A DNA stretch of 64,000 nucleotides, taken from assembly GCF_006345805.1 (NCBI RefSeq), contig NC_043007.1, positions 33,480,001 to 33,544,000 on the forward strand. The letters are read 5' to 3'. This document shows, in pieces, positions 55,635 through 64,000 of this stretch. The notes under the pieces were generated by a model. It made no database searches. It saw nothing but the letters and a program-made list of their open reading frames with translations, and was not told where the DNA came from. Source of the stretch: Octopus sinensis (lineage: Eukaryota). Both the position numbers and the translations under genes were made by a program. Within the stretch, counting starts at the first letter, position 1. Every line of letters starts with the position of its first letter.

Positions 55635-55920
55635 GAAGCATATGTAGAATAAACTAGCATCAATGCCATGACAAACATACATAATCACAAATTCTCTTTT
55701 AGAATCCAGGAAAAGCATAATGTTATAGCTTTGGCTAGTTTTGTATGGTAATTAATCAAAGAAGCGACACCATATATTATTATTTGGAGGTTGCTGATAC
55801 CTTCTAGGCCTCAGCTTAATGGATTTAGAAGATACAAACTCTGCTTGACAGAAAGGAGAACTACTAAGTGATTTTCTGAAATCAAAATGAAAAAATGTTC
55901 AGCTGCTGTCCTCATGAGTG
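55635..55920 (+). pseudogene. Decayed PLE GIY-YIG endonuclease
   Basis: One frame: AYVE*TS..HNHKFSFRIQEKHNVIALASFVW*L..PYIIIWRLL..RPQLNGFRRYKLCLTERR. Confidence 0.75.
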
Positions 55921-56303
55921 AAAATCCAGTTTGAAGACATGGTCACATCCATTTTTGAACTATGACATATACTCACACATACACAGATTACATGCTTCAC
56001 TCATGGGTAACACCAATCCAAAAGAATAACTCTTCCCTAAAATAATATTTTTCTCTACATTTCATCCCATTGTATTTTGTTCTACTTTTTTGCTACCAAG
56101 TCAACCTAGAGTCCCTGTTCCTCTTGTATGAAAGAGGATATGCATTGCTGATCAGTATGTCTGAAGAGAAGTCAATATTTTCTTGTGGCAATAATCGGCA
56201 TGGGACCTACAGTTACATTCTTACTATTAGGTTGTCAAGTAAGTTCTTGTAGTTTTTAACCTTTAAATTCAGATGCACATATCTCGCCTCAAACAAAATT
56301 TTA

Positions 56304-57322
56304 TTAATCAAAATAAACACCATCAGAATCAACACTCTTTTGCCAATGCGAGACAAGTTTATTTATTCCAGTAGCATAAAAATCCTGCATTCTGGTAGTG
56401 ATGAAGTCGTTGAAGGCATATTTGGCATTGTCTTGATTTTTTAACCATTTCTCATGAAGGAAGTTGTCAAGATTCTTGAAAAGTGGTTGTTGGTAGGTGA
56501 GAGGTCTGGTGAGTATGGCGGATGAGGCAGAGTTTTGTAGCCCAATTCGTTCAACTTCTGCAGGGTCAGTTGTGCGACATGCAGCCAAATGTTGTCGTGG
56601 AGAAGAATTGGTCCTTTTCTATTGACCAATGCTGGCTGTTGTTGTCAGAGTTTCTTAGGCATTTCATCCATTTGCTGACAGTACTTCTCCGCCATAAAGG
56701 TTTCGCTTGGATCCAAAAGGCTGTGATGGATGAGACTGGCCGCAGACCACCAAACAGTCACAATGACCTTCTTTTGGTGCAACTTTGGCTTTGGGAAGTG
56801 CCGTGGAGCCTTTTTGGTGTCCAACCACTGAGCTGAGCATCTCCGGTTGTCATAGAGAATCTACTTTTCATTGCAAGTCAAAATCCGGTCGAGAAACAGG
56901 TGGTTCTTGTTGCATAAAAGAAGAGAAGATGACACTTCAAAATGGCATTGTTTTTAGTTGTTGTTCAGTTCGTGCAGCACTCATTTCTCAGGTATTTTTA
57001 TTTTCCCAATCTCTTTCAAGTGGTTGAAAATTATCATATGCATTACATCTAATTCAGAAGGAAGCTCTTGAACAGGTGTGCAAGGATTGGCTTCCACTAA
57101 GGCTCTTAGTTGATCGTTATCAACATCCAATAGCCAACAACTACGCTTATCCTCTTCAAGACTCTCGTCACTGCTACGAAATTTTTTGAATCACGATTGT
57201 GCTGTACATAAATTAGTGGTTCCTGGGTTAAATGCATCGTTGATATCGCGAGCTGTTTCAGCAACTTTTCAGCCTAGCTTGAACTGGAATAAGAAAATTG
57301 TGTGAATTTGCTTTTTGTCCAT
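56304..57322 (-). pseudogene. Mariner transposase pseudogene
   Basis: IFLFQFKLG..AETARDINDAF; GPILLHDN; LPHPPYSPDLSPT; FYATGINKLVSHWQK..DGVYFD*; several frameshifts. Confidence 0.92.
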
Positions 57323-57459
57323 GTTGTATTCAACTTTCCGGAAAAAATGGCGTAATCACTCAAAGAGAAAAAGAGTAACAGGATTAGATAGAGCGAAAAA
57401 CGGGCTTTAAAAGGATATATAAAGACAAAGTAATTTAACAAAAATAAATTTTAAAATTA

Positions 57460-57797
57460 CGGAGATGTACTCACATAGCAAGTGATTTGATCTAAGATCG
57501 TGTGCTGAAACGAAAACAATTGCAGCGTGGAAGGTGTTTGTAAGCCGTTTAAGAAACACACAAAAGCCGTTCGATTCACTTCAACATTTAAGTTTAATTT
57601 GTCAAAATATTTTCGTCGCTAAAATCCGCGACCTGTTCACTGACAAAATCCGAGATGCAGCAGGATTTTTGTCAGTGAACAGGTCGCGGATTTTAGCGAC
57701 GAAAATATTTTGACAAATTAAACTTAAATGTTGAAGTGAATCGAACAGCTTTTGTGTGTTTCTTAAATGGCTTACAAACACCCTCCACGCTGCAATT
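57460..57797. mobile_element. Fold-back pair (~133-bp arms) of a ~200-bp repeat, inserted in the mariner
   Basis: Arms 57518-57650 and 57663-57797; a monomer occurs at 49050-49250 and 50125-50325. Confidence 0.8.
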
Positions 57798-58119
57798 TTA
57801 AAATACATCATTTAAAACCAAATTTTAAATTCCACTTCTTAACAACTTAATGCCTATCATATATATATATATTATAGTTATATATATTATATATATATAT
57901 TCAGAATTAATCTGCCGAAATTGCTAAGATGATCCGGTTCCTGACTGAAGATTAGAGGCTTCGAATGACCTGTTTGTTTTTTTTGTGTCGTCTCTTTGTG
58001 TGGTTTGCGTTCTTGTCCCCTTTTGTAAATTTTATATATAATTTTTATACATATATTATTGTGGCATAACGTACCCCTTTCTCCTATGTATATATATATA
58101 TATTTATTTTATCTTTTAT

Positions 58120-58725
58120 CTTTCGTTCATTTGTTTCAGTCATTAAATTGCAGCCATGCTGGGGCACTGCTTTGAATATTTATCCAATTAAATCAACCAC
58201 AGTACTTATTTGTTAAGACTGGTACATATTTTATTGGTTATTTTTGTTGAAATGCTAGATTATGGGGACACAACAACAACAACACCAGTTGTCAAGCAGT
58301 GATGATGGGGGGGGGACATATTATATATAGACACACATATATACACATACACACATATATACAACACATGCATACATACATACATCATACATACAATGCA
58401 TACATACTACATACATACATACATGCATGCATGCATACATACATACATACATACATACATACATAACTACATACATACATACATACATACATTCATACAT
58501 ACCTACATACATATACATACATACATACATACATACATATATGTATATATGTAAATATATATATAACAGTGGGTGCTTCTTTCAGTGTACCAGATCCACT
58601 CTCAAGGCTCTGGTCAGACTGAGGATATAGCGGAAGACACTTGCCCAAGGTGTCATACAGTGGAACTGAAACTGGAACCAGTTTGTTGGAAGCAAGTTTC
58701 TTACACACACCACACCAGCACCTAT
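58120..58725 (-). mobile_element. SINE family A, diverged, with expanded (TACA)n
   Basis: Both domains recognisable. Confidence 0.7.
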
Positions 58726-58816
58726 ATATAATATATAGTATGTATATGTATATATATATATAATGGTGTACTACTGCTTATTACTACTCCATCTTCCCAG
58801 AGTATATATATTATAT

Positions 58817-59226
58817 AGGCGCAGGAGTGGCTGTGGGAAGTAGCTTGCAACCAACCACATGGTTCCGGGTCAGTCCCACTGCGTGGCATCTGGGCAAGTG
58901 TCTTCTGCTATAGCCCCGGGCGACCAATGCCTTGTGAGTGGATTTGGTAGACGGAAACTTGAAAGAAGCCTGTCGTATATATGTATATGTATGTGTGTGT
59001 GTGTGTATATTTGTGTGTCTGTGTTTGTCCCCCTAGCATTGCTTGACAACCGATGCTGGTATGTTTATGTCCCCGTTACTTAGCGGTTCGGCAAAAGAGA
59101 CCGATAGAATAAGTACTGGGCTTACAAAAGAATAAGTCCCGGGGTCGAGTTGCTCGATTAAAGGCGGTGCTCCAGCATGGCCGCAGTCAAAAGACTGAAA
59201 CAAGTAAAAGAGTAAAGAGTAAGAGT
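58817..59226 (+). mobile_element. SINE family A reference copy (tRNA head, CORE-like domain, microsatellite linker, 3' domain)
   Basis: GGCGCAGGAGTGGCTGTG..GGGTCAGTCCC..TGGGCAAGTG..(TA)(TG)n..CTCCAGCATGGCCGCAGTC..(AAAGAGT)n. Confidence 0.9.
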
Positions 59227-59235
59227 ATATATATA

Positions 59236-59600
59236 TCTCTCTCTATATAAACGGCAGTTTGTCTGTGCGTGTTTCTGTGTGTCTGTTTGCTTGTACCCTC
59301 ACCCTGACCACGGCTTTCAACCGATTCTGATGAAACTTGACACACACATAGCCCAATGTCATAATCAAAACTAACGCAGCGAAAATTTTGAAAAGTTCCC
59401 CAGTTCTGAAAAAAATCGATAAAATCGACATGGGGTCGAGAATCAGAAACAAACCACAGACTGTCTAGGGCGCAACTCAACCTTTTTTAACTCAAAAAAA
59501 ATTTACCATAATTTTTTTGCTATTTTTTTGCTATAACTCTCTAAAAATGCTTTATAGTTATTTCCCTTACAAACCTGAGCAACGCCGGCGATACTGCTAG
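59236..59600 (+). mobile_element. Non-autonomous Helitron
   Basis: 5' TC..TATATAAA; 3' CCTGAGCAACGCCGG hairpin remnant then CTAG|T at 59597-59600. Confidence 0.75.
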
Positions 59601-59632
<32 letters not shown>

Positions 59633-60694
59633 ATATTTATAATATGTATGTATGTATGTATGTATGTATAAATGATTCAAACAATTTGTAATTTTCATTT
59701 CAGAACTGTCTCATTAATCCTGTATTGTAGTGATGGTATCAATTACAGGAAATTTGATCAAGTGGAATAAAACAATAATCATGCACTTAAAAATTGACAA
59801 GACACCATAATCATATTGCCAATATATAAATTTTATTACTGCTATCTCAGAGGTAGCATGACATATACACATACACAATCATTTATGGAGATAGAGAAAT
59901 TATATATGTCCCTCTTTACACCCTCTCTCTCCCTCTTTTCCAAATATGTGTATATATATATGTATTTGTGTATCTATGAATGCATATTTGCATTATGTAT
60001 GTATGTATATATGTATGTATGAATGTATGTATGAGTGTATGTGTATGTGTGTATAAGGATGTCTTTTCAAAATTGGTCCAGAAACTGACATAGTTAATTC
60101 CTGCTGAAGCTGATATATATATGTGTGTGTGTGAGTGTGTGTATGTGTGTGTGTGTATGTGTGTATGCGTGTGTGAGTGTGTGTGTGTGTGTGTGTATGC
60201 GTGTGTGAGAGTGTGTGTGTGTGTGTGTAAATATCAATAAAAATACATACATACATACATACATACATACACATGAATATGTGTATATATACATAAATAT
60301 ATCTATATATACATAAATATATCTATGTGTTTATATACAGAAACACACACATGCATTCACATACAATTATACATCATATACAATACAAATCCACAGACTC
60401 TAACAAACACACACATACACACATGTATACAATATCTACTGATTTTACATCTGATAAATATTCTTAATGGAGCACTGTCAAGGTGTGGACTAAAACATGG
60501 TCATGTGTGTAATAGAGATGAAGAAGTTAGCTTCTTGAATCAACATGATATCAATTATGCCTGTTGAACATGATTCTGCTTGTAAAACCAGAAGACATAC
60601 AGTGCAAGTATTACAATATATCACCAGGAAATTCTTATGTTATGGCAAAACAATAAATGGGAGGAAACACCATGAGAGTCACTTATTATGAGGT

Positions 60695-60731
<37 letters not shown>

Positions 60732-60776
60732 TTACATATATATACATGTGTAATATATATATATTTGTGTAATATA

Positions 60777-60808
<32 letters not shown>

Positions 60809-60941
60809 GTTTTTAATCCTTTCTTGTTGCTTTTTTTCTATATATGTATATATATATATATTTATTTACATATATATACATGTGTAAATATGTAATTGTG
60901 TGTATATATATATTATATATATGTATATATATAAATATATA

Positions 60942-61010
<69 letters not shown>

Positions 61011-61337
61011 ATTAGATAGATACCATAGTGGTTGTGAAAAGCACTAATGACAATTTTTGGTAATATGGCATGTGATTAATGGTGAAAGATAAAGCGCTGC
61101 AAATAAAATGATGATTACAATGTGTAATTTTGCAGCAGTGCTTGGCATAGCAAAGAGCAGTCATAGCTGTGTAGTTTAGAGACTTTACTTTTGAAACTGC
61201 ATGCTTGTGGGATCAATTCCATTGCATACCATCATTTAGGTGTCTGTTTTCTGTTTTAATTTTGAATTGATTATTGCCACATGAATGCAATTTGCTAGAG
61301 TGAAGGAGTACAGGAGCCTTTTGTGTGTGTGCGTGTG

Positions 61338-61338
<1 letters not shown>

Positions 61339-61377
<39 letters not shown>

Positions 61378-61705
61378 TTAATGTCCGTTTTCCATGCTAG
61401 CATGGGTTTGATGGTTCAACCGGGGTCTGGGAAACCAGGAGGCTGCACCAGTCTCTAGTCTGATCAGGCAGTGTTTCTACAGCTGGATGCCCATCCTAAT
61501 GCCAACCACTCCGTGAGTGTAGTGGGTGCTTTTGAAGTGCCACCAGCACAGGTGTCAGGGGAGGCTGGCAGCGGCCACGATCGGTTGGTGCTTTTTATGT
61601 GCCACCGGCACAGAAGCCAGTCAAGGCGGCGCTGGCATCAGCCACGTTTGGATGGTGCTTCTTACGTGCCACCGGCACAGGTATCACAACTACTATTTCC
61701 ATTTG
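61339..61705 (-). mobile_element. RTE LINE 3' UTR copy
   Basis: Reverse complement of 53700-54039, including the ~60-bp units. Confidence 0.85.
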
Positions 61706-62337
61706 ATATTTATTTTTATGTGTGTACATATATATCTATATCTATCTATCTTAGACACAAAATATACTGTCATGTGGCACTAATGCATGGACATAGCGGA
61801 GAAATGTACAAAGGTTCTAAGTTTAATCATGTGTTCATTCTCTACAAACACTTAACAAAAAACATTCAGAGCATTTTTCGTTTGATACTGTCACTAAGTC
61901 AACTGTGTTAGCCTTAGTTTATGATGTGAAACATTATGGAACCTACAAAAATTTCTAAGACTATCCTCTACCAATCAAATCCTATTCATAATATATATTA
62001 ATTTGAACCATGTACTCCCTATAAAAATAGGGCGGGCTTCAAACACTAGTCAGAAGTAGGACACCTGTGAAATAAGCCACATATTTTTATTTCAACTTTT
62101 CGAAAATCTGTGTAAACTGTGAAACCAGTTAAATCTTTAAATATGATAAAAAAATATTTCAACTATTTTAAGTGCTTTCTCAAATTCTATTTTTCCCATA
62201 TACCCGAGTGGAATAAAATAGCTTTGTTTTCTATATATATATTTATATATATATATTTATATATATATATTATATATGTCCTACTCATGCTAGCATGGAA
62301 GGTGGAGCTTAAGCAATGATGATGATATGATGAATAT

Positions 62338-62385
<48 letters not shown>

Positions 62386-62444
62386 TATAATATGTAGAAA
62401 TGTATATATATATGTATAAATTGTATATATATAATGTATATATG

Positions 62445-62476
<32 letters not shown>

Positions 62477-62599
62477 ATATTATATATGATATATATATAT
62501 ATATATAGTTGAAATTTATATAAAAACACAAAGACGAAGACAGGTGTAGGAACATCAAGCAGGTATATGTAGTTTGACGCTCAGAAAAGTGTAAAAGTC

Positions 62600-62632
62600 T
62601 TTTACATTCAAGTCTACACTCTTCATCAGAAA
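62600..62632 (-). ncRNA. Decayed minimal hammerhead-like motif
   Basis: Minus strand TTT-CTGATGA-A-GAGT(GTAG)ACTT-GAA-TGTA-AAA; downstream CTGAGCGTC shared with the 4646 locus. Confidence 0.5.
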
Positions 62633-62677
62633 GGAATAACAGAAAATAAACAGAGAGGGAATAAAAATGTATATATC

Positions 62678-62791
<114 letters not shown>

Positions 62792-63119
62792 CACACACAC
62801 ACACATAAATATATATTCATATGAGCATGTATATGTATGCATGAATATGTGTGAGTTTGTGTGTGTGTGTGTGTGCGTGTGTGTGTGTGTGTGTGTGAGT
62901 GTGTGAGTGTGTGTGTGTGTGTGTGACCTTGTTTCTGTATAACTTTCCATTAACATAGCTGGGGAGTAATAAACTTTGTTTTTCTAAAACCAATATTTCC
63001 TGCTCATGAAGTTCAATGCGAAAAGACCATTGGAATTAAGTACTTCACATGAAAGCAAATAAAGGCAGCATCAAAAAGAGTCTCCAGACATAGAATATTG
63101 TCTCAATAGATCTTGTCTA

Positions 63120-63189
63120 ATGCATCAACATCACCCTCACCACCATCATCATCGTCATCGTCGTCATCGTCATCATCATCATCATCATC

Positions 63190-63225
<36 letters not shown>

Positions 63226-63445
63226 TCAATCACCACCGTCCACCACCACCACACCACCACCACCATCACCATCACCATCACCATCATCATCATCATCATC
63301 ACCACCACCACCACCACCACAACCACCACCACCACCATCACCATCATCATCATCATCATCGTCGTCGTCGTCGTCGTCATCATCATCATCACATCATCAC
63401 CATCATCATCACTGACATTGCCACCATTGCTACCGTTGTCATCAT
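63120..63445. repeat. (CAT)n/(CAC)n/(CGT)n trinucleotide tract
   Basis: Direct reading. Confidence 0.95.
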
Positions 63446-63769
63446 TTTATATCCACTTTCTTTGCTGGCATGGCCTAGGCAAACTCATTACACTTCAAGT
63501 CAGTTGTTTTCAGAATCAACTAATTTTTTCAGCTCACCTTGAGTCTTGTATAGCAATTTAGGCACCTCTTCACCATTGTCTCTTGCAGCTCCTGTTGTTA
63601 ATTTTCTCTTTCTTTCCTCTTTCCATACTAGGTGTGAGTATCAATGCAGATCCTCTACAAGAAACTGCAATGCCCACCCCTTAGGGTTTAATCCCTAGTA
63701 TGAAACTGCTCCCTTCCTTAAATACCACTAGAGCATGTAGTTCTGCAAGCTGCATAATGAATTCCCTGG

Positions 63770-63911
63770 TGCAAGTGGCATGATAAATGCATCAAGTCTG
63801 TAAAGTGGTTTGCATGAAGAAGGGCGTCCAGCCATGGAAACCATGCCAGAGAAGACAAGGGAGCACAATGCAGTTCTTGGACACATTTGACCAGGGACAT
63901 TAAATGATGAC

Positions 63912-63971
<60 letters not shown>

Positions 63972-64000
63972 GGTGGTGGTGGTGGTGGTAGTGTGGTGGT
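63770..64000 (+). mobile_element. Diverged RTE 3' tail with (GAT)n/(GGT)n
   Basis: GAAGGGCGTCCAGCCATGGAAACC..GGACATTAAATGATGA. Confidence 0.65.

Larger units (their letters stand above)
56227..57850 (-). mobile_element. Mariner DNA transposon, decayed
   Basis: TA|TTAGGTTGTCAAGTAAGT left end; degenerate counterpart TTAACAACTTAA ending at 57850. Confidence 0.7.

Noticed and set aside
59326-59337. CTGATGAAAC as a hammerhead
   Set aside because: There is no stem II between CUGAUGA and GAAA; it is Helitron internal sequence.

Overview
AT-rich, microsatellite-saturated eukaryotic DNA. I found no supportable host exon, tRNA, rRNA or CRISPR; nearly all listed ORFs are translations of simple repeats. 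The repeat complement resembles an Octopus genome (recognition, not a search). It includes at least four tRNA-headed SINE families, a 2.6-kb 5'-truncated RTE-clade LINE with many 3'-end copies, a second RTE fragment, two decayed mariners, pogo- and piggyBac-type MITEs, a non-autonomous Helitron and a Helentron/HINE. There is also a 100-N gap with duplicated flanks. The main hidden signal is a layer of Penelope-like-element (PLE) derived sequence: four decayed GIY-YIG fragments, about eight fold-back insertions often in (TA)n, and at least seven hammerhead-ribozyme motifs. The hammerhead at 34905-35010 has an intact core and a long G.U-rich stem II, and lies between ~490-nt-spaced direct repeats of a non-coding element, making it a retrozyme-like candidate.
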